From: Fibrobacterales bacterium
GTDB taxonomy: Bacteria > Fibrobacterota > Fibrobacteria > Fibrobacterales > JAOPTW01
Assembly (NCBI GenBank): GCA_051532035.1
Contig: JAOPTW010000001.1
Coordinates: 29,041-93,040, forward strand
DNA length: 64,000 nt
Direction: 5' to 3'
Notes under the pieces: model-generated
Told to the model about the DNA's origin: nothing
The model's input: only the letters and a program-made list of their open reading frames with translations
Databases searched by the model: none
Program-made: the position numbers and the translations under genes
In this document: positions 46,041 to 56,424 of the stretch, piece by piece
How the letters are laid out: each line of letters begins with the position of its first letter
Position numbering within the stretch: position 1 is the stretch's first letter

Positions 46041-48332
46041 CTAGCTTAAGGAGCTCATAGAGTGAGGGCCGTTATTTTTTAGGGTGCGATTAATAGGGAG
46101 GGAAATTACAAAGTGTGCTCCATGGTTTAGACATGGCTCAATATGGAGAGTCCCTCCATGGTTTTCGGTAATAATAAAATAGGATACACTCAGTCCAAGG
46201 CCGGTTCCAACTCCCACTGATTTTGTAGTAAAAAATGGTTCAAAAATTCTTTTACTCACTTCGTCACTCATTCCTGGGCCATTATCAAGGATAGAGATGA
46301 CAACAGAGGCCTGATCTTCAGATCGTTTGAGTGTAAAGGTGAATTCAGGAGGTAAGGGCTTCTCACCTTTTTCAACGATTTTAGTATGGTGAGTAGTCAT
46401 TGCCTCTGCTCCATTTTGAATAATATTAAAGAGCACTTGTTGTATCTTTGATGCCTCACAAGGAACTTCAGGTAAGTTATCTTCATAATTACGAACTATT
46501 GAAATTGACTTGATATCAATAGATTTTTTTAGGTCGTAATCTGTTGAAGCGATCTCGATAACTGATTCTAATAGCTCTGTAATATTATGTGTAGAGAATC
46601 GGTCGCTATCTTTGCGGGCAAAAGAGAGCATGTTATGAACAATCGACGTTGCACGATTCCCCGCATCTTTAAGAAGATAAAACATACGGGGAATGTTACG
46701 CAAGTCCATATAAGTCTGTAGTGCAGAAAAAGAGAGTCCGGCTTTTTCTGCGGCCGCTACATTCGCTTTGAGTTCACTATTCGTAAGTCGGTTAATAATA
46801 TTTTCAGCGTTTTGTAATATGCCACCGAGTGGGTTGTTAATCTCATGAGCCATACCAGCTGCGAGTCCACCTACAGAGAGCATTTTTTCATTTTGTACAA
46901 CGACCTCTTCCATTTTAACATGTTCGCTTACGTTATCAATACGGATTACAACACCAGAGATACCTTGATTAACATGAGGGTAGATAGTGATATCCTCATA
47001 ATCGGTCTGATTATTGTGCATATACAGCTGTTTAGGAATAGAGATTTCTTTTAATGATGTAATAACTTCAAGGATATTTGTCTCAATGTATTTGAGTCTT
47101 GGTATGAGTTCAAAGAGTAACCTACCGTACGCATCATTATAAGCAAGACCTGTTACTTCAATGGTGCTTCGGTTCCAATGGGTGACACAGAGATTAGAAT
47201 CAAGGGCAATAAGCATTGAAGGCATTGAGTCAATAACACTTTTTATCATACTTTTGGATGAGTGCAGTGCACTTTCGCGGCTCTTAATGTCAGAAGACAT
47301 TTGATTCATCGTGTGAGCGAGTTTTGAAAATTCATTAAAAAAGATTGGGGTCTTTATAGTTTGATAGACTCCATGAGATATTGCCTCACTATTTTGTGTA
47401 AGTACTTTAAGAGAACGAGTAATAAGGGAACTCGATTGGTGTGCTATAATAAGTGCGACTGCCCCTATAACGAATGTTGCAATAATGAGCCATTTAAGCA
47501 TTTCGTAGATAGGAGCTGTTGTTTGTTTTACAGGTTGATAAACCGATACTTTCCAATGAGTTGATGGTAAAAAGAGAGAGTATACCATTTGATCAATACC
47601 ATCATACGGGAGGATTGATTCGAGTATGTTGCCATTCCATCTGTTTTTACTATCTATAAAATGAGGGTCATATTCTCTAAGCCTCACTTTCTCTTTATTA
47701 TTGTGAGATATAAAAACACCCCGCTGATCGGTGATTGCAATATATCTGTGTTCAAATTTTTCATGGGCTACCGCAGCAGAGAGGACTTCAATTTCTTGAA
47801 GTGAAATAAAAAGTGTGATGAGCTTGGAGTCGTGTTTTTTAGAAAGGGTTGTACTGACAACATTGAGTTGATCAGACATAAAACTTGAAGACCAGTAGGG
47901 CTTGTTTTGGGATATTCCTTTTTTATAGTAGTCGTGTCCACTGACATCTATACCTATCATCACAGAGTCTTCGGGATAAAAATATTCTGTTGTTCCAGTA
48001 TCGTTCGCTATTTGAAGCCCAAGAAGATGAGAGTGAGCGCCAATAATAAACCCAATTGATTCCTTAAGTTGCTGAGTGATACTATCATTATGTGCATGGA
48101 GTATGGTCTCTACTATTTTTAAATCTTCAAGGGGCTCCCTAATGTAGCGCTCTACACTTCGGGCAATCACTGAGACATGCTCTTTATTTGCGAGAGATAA
48201 TTCATTAGTAAGAGTGTTCGATGATATAAATGCACCCAATGCCCCGAGAAGCACAATAGGCACCAAAATACCTACTAGGAATAGTCCAATAAAGAACTGT
48301 TTAATGTTAATTGCTTTCAGGAATATGAACAT
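46041..48332 (-). CDS. Sensor histidine kinase (Cache, HAMP, PAS)
   Basis: Two TMs flanking a Cache-like domain (DVSGHDYY), AHEINNPL, DNGPG, GTGLGL. Confidence 0.93.
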   Translation of the reverse strand: MFIFLKAINIKQFFIGLFLVGILVPIVLLGALGAFISSNTLTNELSLANKEHVSVIARSVERYIREPLEDLKIVETILHAHNDSITQQLKESIGFIIGAHSHLLGLQIANDTGTTEYFYPEDSVMIGIDVSGHDYYKKGISQNKPYWSSSFMSDQLNVVSTTLSKKHDSKLITLFISLQEIEVLSAAVAHEKFEHRYIAITDQRGVFISHNNKEKVRLREYDPHFIDSKNRWNGNILESILPYDGIDQMVYSLFLPSTHWKVSVYQPVKQTTAPIYEMLKWLIIATFVIGAVALIIAHQSSSLITRSLKVLTQNSEAISHGVYQTIKTPIFFNEFSKLAHTMNQMSSDIKSRESALHSSKSMIKSVIDSMPSMLIALDSNLCVTHWNRSTIEVTGLAYNDAYGRLLFELIPRLKYIETNILEVITSLKEISIPKQLYMHNNQTDYEDITIYPHVNQGISGVVIRIDNVSEHVKMEEVVVQNEKMLSVGGLAAGMAHEINNPLGGILQNAENIINRLTNSELKANVAAAEKAGLSFSALQTYMDLRNIPRMFYLLKDAGNRATSIVHNMLSFARKDSDRFSTHNITELLESVIEIASTDYDLKKSIDIKSISIVRNYEDNLPEVPCEASKIQQVLFNIIQNGAEAMTTHHTKIVEKGEKPLPPEFTFTLKRSEDQASVVISILDNGPGMSDEVSKRIFEPFFTTKSVGVGTGLGLSVSYFIITENHGGTLHIEPCLNHGAHFVISLPINRTLKNNGPHSMSSLS

Positions 48333-49416
48333 AGTGGTTATTAACTATTTGATAGAGTGAAAATTTACGATTAACGTCTCCAAATGTATCGAAGGAATAG
48401 CTATCGGTAAGACCTTGAAAATTCTTAATGGAGGTGAGTGCTTTTTTTATTGGTGCTCTATTAAAAGAGTGCGCTTCTGTTGCTGCTCTTTTGTAAAGAA
48501 AAAGCACTTCATAGGCAAAGCGTGCCGCAAAACTTGGTTCCATATCAAATCGAACTCTAAAGTGGCTATTAAAAGCTTGTTCAGCCTTTGAGGGTATTGC
48601 AGATTTATAAGAATCCACAAGTATCATATTCTCAACGGTTTTTCCCCCATACAATTCCACTTTTGACAATTTGGTCCACATTGTTCCATAGAGCTGAGCG
48701 TTATAATTATTTTTGTATAACTGTTGAGTAATGCCCGCAGCATCTATACCACTCGTTGCGAAAATAATACCATCAGGTTTATATGCTTGTACTTGATTGG
48801 CATAGATCATAAGAGAATCTTTGTTGTGATATCCAACAATATTCACTGCTATTTTATGGGGAGAGAGCATTTGTGTTGCTCCCTGTATTATGGGGCCTAC
48901 ATATTCTGGATTGGTACTGTCGACTACTATGACAATAGAAGTTAAATTTTTCCGTAGAATATCTTTTGCAATCCATTTTGCTTGATAGGTTGCTGCTGAA
49001 ATAACTCTAAAAAAATGATCGTCTATACCGGAATAACGATCTGAGCTCACTGTTGGGCTAAAGACAATCGTATTTGCCTTTTCTGTTTCTTTGAGTATTG
49101 TTGGGGCCATTGTACTTAAAAAGGGACCAATTATTAGGGGGATTTCTTTCTTTACGAGTTCTTGAACATGTTGCTCTGCTTTATTTCTATCTCCTGCGTG
49201 ATCTTTTATGATTAATACTATAGGGTGACCATTGATTCCCCCGTCTTTATTAATTTGTTCAATAGCAAGAGAGAGCCCTGCTCGTGCATTGGTACCGAGT
49301 TGAGACTTTCTACCTGACAAATTACTCATGAAGCCAATCTCTATAGGCGACTTTGCACACTGCACGACACAACTTATAATAATAAGGGTGAGTATCAGTG
49401 GTGTAATTTTTTGCAT
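48307..49416 (-). CDS. Branched-chain amino acid-type periplasmic binding protein
   Basis: Likely start MQKIT (49416); IGFMSNLSG, LAIEQINKDGGINGHPI, IIGPFLS, FDTFGD. Confidence 0.88.
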   Translation of the reverse strand: MQKITPLILTLIIISCVVQCAKSPIEIGFMSNLSGRKSQLGTNARAGLSLAIEQINKDGGINGHPIVLIIKDHAGDRNKAEQHVQELVKKEIPLIIGPFLSTMAPTILKETEKANTIVFSPTVSSDRYSGIDDHFFRVISAATYQAKWIAKDILRKNLTSIVIVVDSTNPEYVGPIIQGATQMLSPHKIAVNIVGYHNKDSLMIYANQVQAYKPDGIIFATSGIDAAGITQQLYKNNYNAQLYGTMWTKLSKVELYGGKTVENMILVDSYKSAIPSKAEQAFNSHFRVRFDMEPSFAARFAYEVLFLYKRAATEAHSFNRAPIKKALTSIKNFQGLTDSYSFDTFGDVNRKFSLYQIVNNHYVHIPESN

Positions 49417-49432
49417 GGTTGCCTCAAATGGG

Positions 49433-50773
49433 TTAATGAAGACTCTGTATTGAAAATTCAAAAAGGAGGGAGTGCTCGGCTGATTGAGAGATGGATATCT
49501 TCCAATGAAGCATGGTTATTGTACAGTGATTTTCGTCAATGATTTGGATGTTGTCTGACGGCCCAAAAATTGAGGCTAACTGATTTGAAATTAACTCTGG
49601 TGAAATGATGCAGTGATGAATAGCTATGAGAGCGGTCGTTGTTTCGGAGTTGGCCTGTAAAGAAAGTTCAATTTTTTTCGTCTCACTTTCAACGGTTTCT
49701 AAAGTTATTGCCGCCTTGAATGACTTAAATAACAGATCAATAAAGAGCTCTTTTGAAGACTTTACAAAATATTTAGCAGGCATATCTACAATGATTTCGA
49801 TGCCATTATCCTGGAATGATTTCATAAAAATGTCGAGTGTATTTTCTATGAGTGTATTAATTTCAGTAATGCTACTGATGTTTTCATCATCGATAAATTT
49901 TCGGTATGAGTTTAAAATGTGAGTGACTTCATCACTTTTTGAAATGATTCTATTTTGATTTACTTCCATGGTGTTGATAGTGTTCACGAAACTATCTTTT
50001 ATGGAGTTGAGAAATGCAAGGAGATGCCCTGCTTTGTCTTGTGTTACTAAAAATTCATAAAGGTCGGATGAATGATCATCAAGGAGGGTACACACTTCCC
50101 TAAGTTTGTCTGTAGGGAGTGATTTTATATCTTTATTGAGAACATAAATTGCAGTGTTAATGCTATTCATGCTGTTACCAATATTATGAATTACATCTAT
50201 GGCAATATCTGCCTGCCCAGCTTTATGTGCACTATCTATCAGTAAGTTTTGTGTTTTACCTAGAGCACTGGTTCGTTCTTCAATAATATCTTCGAGATGC
50301 GTTTGATAATGTTTTAGTTCGCTATTTTTAGTCGTTAGCTCTTTTGTTTGTGCCGCTACTTTCTCTTCAAGCTCTTCCTGATGTTGTTCCTTTTCCTTGA
50401 TAAGTTCAAATTTTTCTAGAAGTCGCTCAATAGTGATAGTGAGAATTGAAAAATCCCTGATAGGCTTTAGAACATAGTCCCAGGCTCCTTTATGGAGTGC
50501 TTCTATAACATCCTCGGCTACGCCATTTCCTGATAATACAATGATTGGGGTTTTGATATTTTTGCCACGTGTATATTCAATTAACTCCATACCAGTCTTT
50601 TCTGGCATACGCATGTCAGTTATTATAAGATCGGCTGCTTGAGAATCAATAAGTTCACAACCTGCACGGCCATTAGTAGCAGTAAAAATTTGATAACCAC
50701 AATCTTCTAGATAGGCTTGGACACTAAAAAGAATCGAACTGTCATCATCAATCAGGATTATAGTTTTTCCCAT
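49433..50773 (-). CDS. Response regulator fused to a degenerate histidine-kinase-like domain
   Basis: Intact REC (IDDD, ITDMRMP, LKP), coiled coil, H-box-like DVIHNIGN; no G-box motifs seen. Confidence 0.8.
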   Translation of the reverse strand: MGKTIILIDDDSSILFSVQAYLEDCGYQIFTATNGRAGCELIDSQAADLIITDMRMPEKTGMELIEYTRGKNIKTPIIVLSGNGVAEDVIEALHKGAWDYVLKPIRDFSILTITIERLLEKFELIKEKEQHQEELEEKVAAQTKELTTKNSELKHYQTHLEDIIEERTSALGKTQNLLIDSAHKAGQADIAIDVIHNIGNSMNSINTAIYVLNKDIKSLPTDKLREVCTLLDDHSSDLYEFLVTQDKAGHLLAFLNSIKDSFVNTINTMEVNQNRIISKSDEVTHILNSYRKFIDDENISSITEINTLIENTLDIFMKSFQDNGIEIIVDMPAKYFVKSSKELFIDLLFKSFKAAITLETVESETKKIELSLQANSETTTALIAIHHCIISPELISNQLASIFGPSDNIQIIDENHCTITMLHWKISISQSAEHSLLFEFSIQSLH

Positions 50774-51002
50774 GATTGCCTTTAGGAGTGTTTTTTATGA
50801 TATTACTATAAAAATGCCAAATTATTCAATTTATTCGGGTAAAAATTGAAGGTTACCCTATTATTATAGTTTGCTTTGTAAGCAGGAGTGAAGGGGGACT
50901 CTCATTCTACATTAATGCAATTGTTTTGCTCTCATTTGAATAATGTAACCATAGTTCAGGTAATGATTTATATTAGTACCATACCTTTTATCGAAACTAC
51001 TT

Positions 51003-51734
51003 ATGAGCCAGAATCGTTTTTACACTCTTTTGAATACTGCCTATGATGAATTGTTTCCTCTGAAAGAGGTGACTAAGACTTTTTTTGATTGTTATCTCAA
51101 TCGTGATGCACACGTATTGGATATTGGGTGCGCGACAGGATCACTGAGTTCATTTTTTGCAAAAAGGGTTCAAAAAGTAGTAGGACTTGATGTAAACCAA
51201 GCACTGTTAGAGCATGCAACTAATGAAGCGCACCGACGAGGTGTTGTTATCGATTTCCATAAAGCTTCTATGGTTGACCTGCAAGAGTATGTGAATTCTA
51301 ATTCACAGTCCCTTATCAGTTGTATTGGCAATACATTACCACATCTGCATAACGATGAACAATGTATTGCTTTTTTAACAGCCTGCAAGCACACTCTGGT
51401 ACAAGGGTGTCCTCTTATCCTCCAGATAGTCAATTATGATTGGGTATTGTCTGATGACATTAAAGAACTCCCCCTTATAGAAACAGAATCATATCACTTT
51501 AGACGCAGTTATTCAAAAGTACGCACTGATGGTCTCATTGACTTTTCCATGGTTTTGAAAGATATAACAACTGGAAAAAAGTCGAAATCGACTATACAGC
51601 TCAATCCAATAACTCAAGAAAAGTTGGTGTTTTATCTCAAAACTGCTGGATTTCATGGGATTTCACTCTACGGATCTTTCGAGAGAGAACCGCTAGGGAC
51701 TCAGTCAAAGGGCTTAATCATTGAGGCCTTATAG
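51003..51734 (+). CDS. Class I SAM-dependent methyltransferase
   Basis: VLDIGCATG, CIGNTLPHL. Confidence 0.9.
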   Translation: MSQNRFYTLLNTAYDELFPLKEVTKTFFDCYLNRDAHVLDIGCATGSLSSFFAKRVQKVVGLDVNQALLEHATNEAHRRGVVIDFHKASMVDLQEYVNSNSQSLISCIGNTLPHLHNDEQCIAFLTACKHTLVQGCPLILQIVNYDWVLSDDIKELPLIETESYHFRRSYSKVRTDGLIDFSMVLKDITTGKKSKSTIQLNPITQEKLVFYLKTAGFHGISLYGSFEREPLGTQSKGLIIEAL

Positions 51735-51873
51735 GTAGTTCAGAAAGATCAAAATATTAAATTGAAATTATTCTTCTAAAAAAAGTAAAAGTCTCGATTC
51801 CTTTCCAAGAGAGTAGTATAATAGTGCGATAGAACTAGAATATTACTCTCACACTAAACAGTAGGAATCTCTG

Positions 51874-53499
51874 ATGAATCCTGATATACAGCAAAAAGTT
51901 TTTGATCTTACAGAAGCTATTAAAGAAGTAGATTTTGAAACGGTTGAACTTCTTATTAAAGACCTTTTGAAAGGTGATGATAAAAGAGTAATCCAGAAAG
52001 TGATTGTAGAGCTTAGTAAGATAGATCAAAACCTTATTGAAGCGCTCTCATACTATTTGTCGAGAAATATTGACACCATTAATGAAGTTCCGGTATTACA
52101 GGAAATTTTATTTGCAAAAATACTCGTCAGTCCAAGCACCATAATTGACTTATTAGAAAAAACTGATGATGCTGAAGAGCGTAAGTTTTATGTCTATGTT
52201 ATTGGTGAGCTTCGTATAGAAATGGCTATACCGGTGTTGGAAAAACAACTAGCCCGTACAACCTCTGAATCCTATATTGTTTTTATTATAAAGGCCTTGG
52301 GGAAGGTAGGGGACGCGGCAGATGCTCGTATGATTTCGGATTTTTTATATGCTCCGAGTCGATCTCTCATAACTGAAGCTATTAGAGCTCTCGGTGCAAT
52401 TGGGAGTCACACTGCAATAAAGCAACTTGCAGAGAGGATGGGGACAGACGCTGAATTTGATTCAATTATTATCGATCAGTTTGCTAAAGTACAAGATCAC
52501 TTGAGTATCGAGAAATTGAATGAGACTATGGCTTCTCATACTGCTCATATTAGAACCTATGGTAAGACAAAGCTCATAGATATTGGTCCCAAAGTACTGC
52601 CCGTTATTTTAGAAAATTTAGTAAGTGATGATAGTGATTTTGTGATTCATACGTTAAATGTCTTGGCCGAGATGGATGATGAGTCGGCTATTAAGCCCAT
52701 TAGAGACCTGCTTCACAGTGAGCCTCATGATGCGAATGTTCGTTTTGCAGCCTATGAAGCACTCGGAAAACTACCCTTTCAAAAAGTTGCATATGCACTT
52801 GCAGACGGACTCAATGATCCCATTGATAACGTACGAGTAGCGGCTGCAAAAGCGATAAACAACAACTACTCTGAAGTATTGGGAGCGGGAGTTAAAAATT
52901 TAATCCATTCATCAGCATTCAACAGTGATGAAATTATTTCGGCAATTGTAGAGTCTGAATCTGACCATATCTTTATGACTCTTATTGGTGATGATGATTT
53001 TAAAGAGAGAATATTTACATATATTCGTGAACAGGCTCATGCTGAAGTAGTCAAATTTTTTACGGTAATATTAACTAAGAATAATCAGGCAGAGTTAGTT
53101 CTTGAGTTACAAAATGTGATAGAGAAGGAAAGTACAGAAGTACTGATTTATGCAGTTGATGATTCTCGTATGATACTGAATATTTATCGAAGCGCACTCC
53201 ATAAACTCGGTTTTGAGTGTAAGCTTTTTGAATTCCCTGAAACCGTACTTCAACAGGTTGAGAGCGATAGGCCCAAATTGATTTTTACCGATCTCAACAT
53301 GCCAGTCTATTCGGGAATCGATCTCACAAAAGAACTGCGAAAGACATATACAAAAGATGAGCTTCCTATTGTAATGGTGACTACTCAAAGTGATATTCAA
53401 GATAAAAATGCTGCAACTGATGCAGGAGTAAATATTGTTTTAAATAAACCGTTCACTCCCGATGACTTAAAAGAGGCCCTGAATCAATTTGGCTTATAA
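51874..53499 (+). CDS. HEAT-repeat protein with C-terminal receiver domain
   Basis: NVRFAAYEALG and NVRVAAAKAI repeats; AVDDS, FTDLNMP, VT, KPF. Confidence 0.88.
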   Translation: MNPDIQQKVFDLTEAIKEVDFETVELLIKDLLKGDDKRVIQKVIVELSKIDQNLIEALSYYLSRNIDTINEVPVLQEILFAKILVSPSTIIDLLEKTDDAEERKFYVYVIGELRIEMAIPVLEKQLARTTSESYIVFIIKALGKVGDAADARMISDFLYAPSRSLITEAIRALGAIGSHTAIKQLAERMGTDAEFDSIIIDQFAKVQDHLSIEKLNETMASHTAHIRTYGKTKLIDIGPKVLPVILENLVSDDSDFVIHTLNVLAEMDDESAIKPIRDLLHSEPHDANVRFAAYEALGKLPFQKVAYALADGLNDPIDNVRVAAAKAINNNYSEVLGAGVKNLIHSSAFNSDEIISAIVESESDHIFMTLIGDDDFKERIFTYIREQAHAEVVKFFTVILTKNNQAELVLELQNVIEKESTEVLIYAVDDSRMILNIYRSALHKLGFECKLFEFPETVLQQVESDRPKLIFTDLNMPVYSGIDLTKELRKTYTKDELPIVMVTTQSDIQDKNAATDAGVNIVLNKPFTPDDLKEALNQFGL

Positions 53500-53531
53500 A
53501 TAAGGAATAGAATGGCGCTGCGTTCGTGTAA

Positions 53532-54089
53532 TTAAAAAATTGTTTCTATCAGAACCCAGTCAAGAAGATGGGCGGTGCACCCCTCACCTGTACATTGCTC
53601 AAAATTGACCCCTTTCATAAAGTACTCAGTACTATGACACTGAGAACACTCATAGAGCCCTGCAATCGCACAACAAGTGGGGTTGTCTGAATAATCAGTT
53701 CCGTTAGAAATGTCGACAATACTCAATTGATCAATGGGAGTGCCCATGATGTGAGTAAAGGCTATTTTATGGTTCTTGTTTGCAAAAAATTGACCCCTCT
53801 GTTGATACATTGCAATTGAGTCATTGATATATGCTTTATTGAGGGCTGCTTCAATTTCTGAATCAACACCGACAAGGCAAAATTTTACACCACGGTCTTC
53901 GTAATCAGAGAGGAGTGAGACGAGTGATATGATATAGAGGTAATCAATTTCGTGAAGGAGTGCAATGTTAAGGGCAATTCTATAGCAGTGGTTTTTAATG
54001 ACCGTATCAATGGTGAAGGTAAGCTCTTCAATAGAACTTTCTTTACTCTCATTTGGTTTAAAAATTATTTCGAGGTACTGCTCAATCAC
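53532..54089 (-). CDS. STAS-like domain protein with C-terminal Cys4 zinc ribbon
   Basis: IALNIALLHEIDYLYI..LV...GVKFCLVGV (STAS-like); GLYECSQC...FEQCTGEGC...W. Confidence 0.55.
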   Translation of the reverse strand: MIEQYLEIIFKPNESKESSIEELTFTIDTVIKNHCYRIALNIALLHEIDYLYIISLVSLLSDYEDRGVKFCLVGVDSEIEAALNKAYINDSIAMYQQRGQFFANKNHKIAFTHIMGTPIDQLSIVDISNGTDYSDNPTCCAIAGLYECSQCHSTEYFMKGVNFEQCTGEGCTAHLLDWVLIETIF

Positions 54090-54177
54090 AACGGTTACCT
54101 TAGGTTATCTAGTTGAAATATAATAAATCAGATTATACAGATAGGTACTCAGTGTGTGATGTTCAAAAAATTATTAT

Positions 54178-54363
54178 TTAGTAATGAGGTGGCGGGGTGT
54201 TTTCGACGCTTCCGTTCTCTCCAATACCCTCTTGAACCTTAAAAATAAGCTGCTCAAGTGCATCAATTTGGTTTTGTTGCTGAGTTATAATGTTATTGAG
54301 GGTGTCGATCATATCCTCTTGATAACTAAATTTTTTCTCAAGCTCGATTATGCGATCTTCCAT
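54178..54363 (-). CDS. slyX: SlyX family protein
   Basis: RIIELEKKFSYQEDMIDTLN...PPPHY. Confidence 0.93.
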   Translation of the reverse strand: MEDRIIELEKKFSYQEDMIDTLNNIITQQQNQIDALEQLIFKVQEGIGENGSVENTPPPHY

Positions 54364-54466
54364 ACAGCCTCATCTAATATTTCTATATTTATAGCAAATA
54401 TAGAAATTCACTTAAAAGCCGTCCTATAATTGCGAAATTGGTTCAGAATAATGATAATTACCGTAA

Positions 54467-55180
54467 TTGGAGCAGAAGGGCTATATGCGACTCGATAAAT
54501 TTATAGCAGATACCACAAACTTGTCTCGAAAAGAGGCGGGAAAAGTTATCAAACAAGGCCGTATCACCGTTGCTGGCAAGGTGAATAAAAAGGCTTCTGA
54601 TCACGTAGATCTTGATTCTGAAGTGACGATTGACGATGACCTACTCACCCTACGTACTGATATTTATATTATGATGCATAAACCGAAAGGGGTCATTTGT
54701 AGTACTAAAGACTCTCATAATGAGACGGTTCTTGCTTTTCTGGATGAGGATATTAAAATGCGTGCACCAGCAGCTGCGGGAAGGCTTGATAAAGATGTTA
54801 CAGGGCTCGTGCTCCTTACCAATGATGGAGTATGGAACCACAACATCACTTCTCCACGAAAAGACAAGTTTAAGATATATCAAGTGATTGCTCGGGACCT
54901 TCTTTCTGAAAATGATGTTACTCTTTTTAAAAAGGGAATAACTCTTTCCGGGGATGATACCCCCTGTAAGCCTGCGGAGTTGATACTCAAAGGTGGGTGT
55001 GAGGCTGAACTCCGCATTACTGAAGGCCGCTATCATCAGGTAAAACGTATGTTTGAAGAAATTGGAAATGAGGTTGTGGAACTGCATCGGACCGAAATTG
55101 CAGGTATTGTACTTGATAACGATTTACAGCCTGGGCAATGGAGAGAACTCACTGAAGAAGAGATTGCGGTAGGGCGATAA
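54467..55180 (+). CDS. rsuA: RsuA family 16S rRNA pseudouridine synthase
   Basis: MRLDKFI (S4 domain), AGRLDKDVTGLVLLTNDG, ITEGRYHQVKRMF. Confidence 0.85.
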   Translation: MEQKGYMRLDKFIADTTNLSRKEAGKVIKQGRITVAGKVNKKASDHVDLDSEVTIDDDLLTLRTDIYIMMHKPKGVICSTKDSHNETVLAFLDEDIKMRAPAAAGRLDKDVTGLVLLTNDGVWNHNITSPRKDKFKIYQVIARDLLSENDVTLFKKGITLSGDDTPCKPAELILKGGCEAELRITEGRYHQVKRMFEEIGNEVVELHRTEIAGIVLDNDLQPGQWRELTEEEIAVGR

Positions 55181-55187
55181 GAGGTCT

Positions 55188-56423
55188 TTAAAAACAGACC
55201 TGATTGCGTCCCTTGTTTTTTGCTTTATAGAGAGCTCTATCTGCAGCTTTAATCACTTCATCAGTGGTAATCAGTTGGTCACTGCGCTCTGCAACCCCCA
55301 TACTTACAGTAATCTGAACAATTCTCGCAATTTTAAAGGTTGAACGGTGCTGTTTACCTTTTGAGTTTCTTTTGGGTCTGAGGCGACTCCGTATTGACAT
55401 CTGATATTCAGAGACAGATTGTCTGAGGTCCTCTATATGAGGGACAGCCTTTTTTATCGATGTTCTATTAAAGACAACGGCAAATTCTTCGCCTCCATAT
55501 CGGAAAGCTTGACCACCTCCGGTAACTTGGCGTACTTTTGAAGCAACCAATTGAAGTACTTGATCACCTACATCATGTCCGTAATCATCATTAAATTTTT
55601 TGAAATGATCAATATCGACCATGGCAATTGAGTAATTACGTCCGAGTGAGAGTAAATACTCGTTAAGCGCACGTCGACCTGGAATATTGGTCAGTTCATC
55701 ACGATAGGCCATATTGTATGATGTTTGCAATATTCCAATAAGGAGGGTTAAAGCTGCCCCCATATAGCCAATCAGGAACTGAAGGTCATGCTGGGCACTA
55801 CTGTAGGTAGCCATTAAAATGATTAATGAACCAACAATACTTCCTTCAATATGAGAGTGTTTATAGAGCCATTTAGCAATGCCAACTACTAATGCTAGGG
55901 CAAGGAGGATAACAGCGAGGTCGGGGAGCCCTTCATAAGCACCCTTCGTTGATGACCAGATATCCATTCCAAAGAAGTTGCGCGCAATACCTGAATTACG
56001 GTGAGTGAGGGAGTAGAGAATAAAGAGCTCGAGAGCGAGAAGGAGGGCTTTTATAAGGCCTGAGCTACTCATCAGTACTCTGTTTTTTGAAGCACTAAAA
56101 ATAAAATAATTCAAAGGGATGAGGGTTGCTGTTACTAAGAGTATTGCGGTATGCGAAATACTATGAGGGACCAGAAAGGTTTGCCCGAGGCACCAGTAAC
56201 AGAAGGCTATGGTAACAATGATAAAGAGTGCATTGTTTTTATTAAACCGTAAGGTTATGATCCCTGTAACCCCAAGGATAACATAGGGGAGTAAGAAGAG
56301 AATTTCTGGGGGTGTAATTAAAAGACCTGCAAGATAAGTGTTTAAAACAAGCACCATAACTAAAAAGATCACAGGGGCAATAGTTGTTTCGAGTAGTCCT
56401 TTAAAAATCCGTTGATACACCAT
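55188..56423 (-). CDS. Membrane-bound diguanylate cyclase (GGEEF)
   Basis: Multiple TMs, DELT, DIDHFKKFND.YGHDVGD, RYGGEEF. Confidence 0.93.
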   Translation of the reverse strand: MVYQRIFKGLLETTIAPVIFLVMVLVLNTYLAGLLITPPEILFLLPYVILGVTGIITLRFNKNNALFIIVTIAFCYWCLGQTFLVPHSISHTAILLVTATLIPLNYFIFSASKNRVLMSSSGLIKALLLALELFILYSLTHRNSGIARNFFGMDIWSSTKGAYEGLPDLAVILLALALVVGIAKWLYKHSHIEGSIVGSLIILMATYSSAQHDLQFLIGYMGAALTLLIGILQTSYNMAYRDELTNIPGRRALNEYLLSLGRNYSIAMVDIDHFKKFNDDYGHDVGDQVLQLVASKVRQVTGGGQAFRYGGEEFAVVFNRTSIKKAVPHIEDLRQSVSEYQMSIRSRLRPKRNSKGKQHRSTFKIARIVQITVSMGVAERSDQLITTDEVIKAADRALYKAKNKGRNQVCF

Positions 56424-56424
56424 A

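Noticed and set aside
54155..54170. TGTGAT half-site as a fifth copy of the CRP-like motif
   Set aside because: The second half-site (GTCA/TCACA) is absent.
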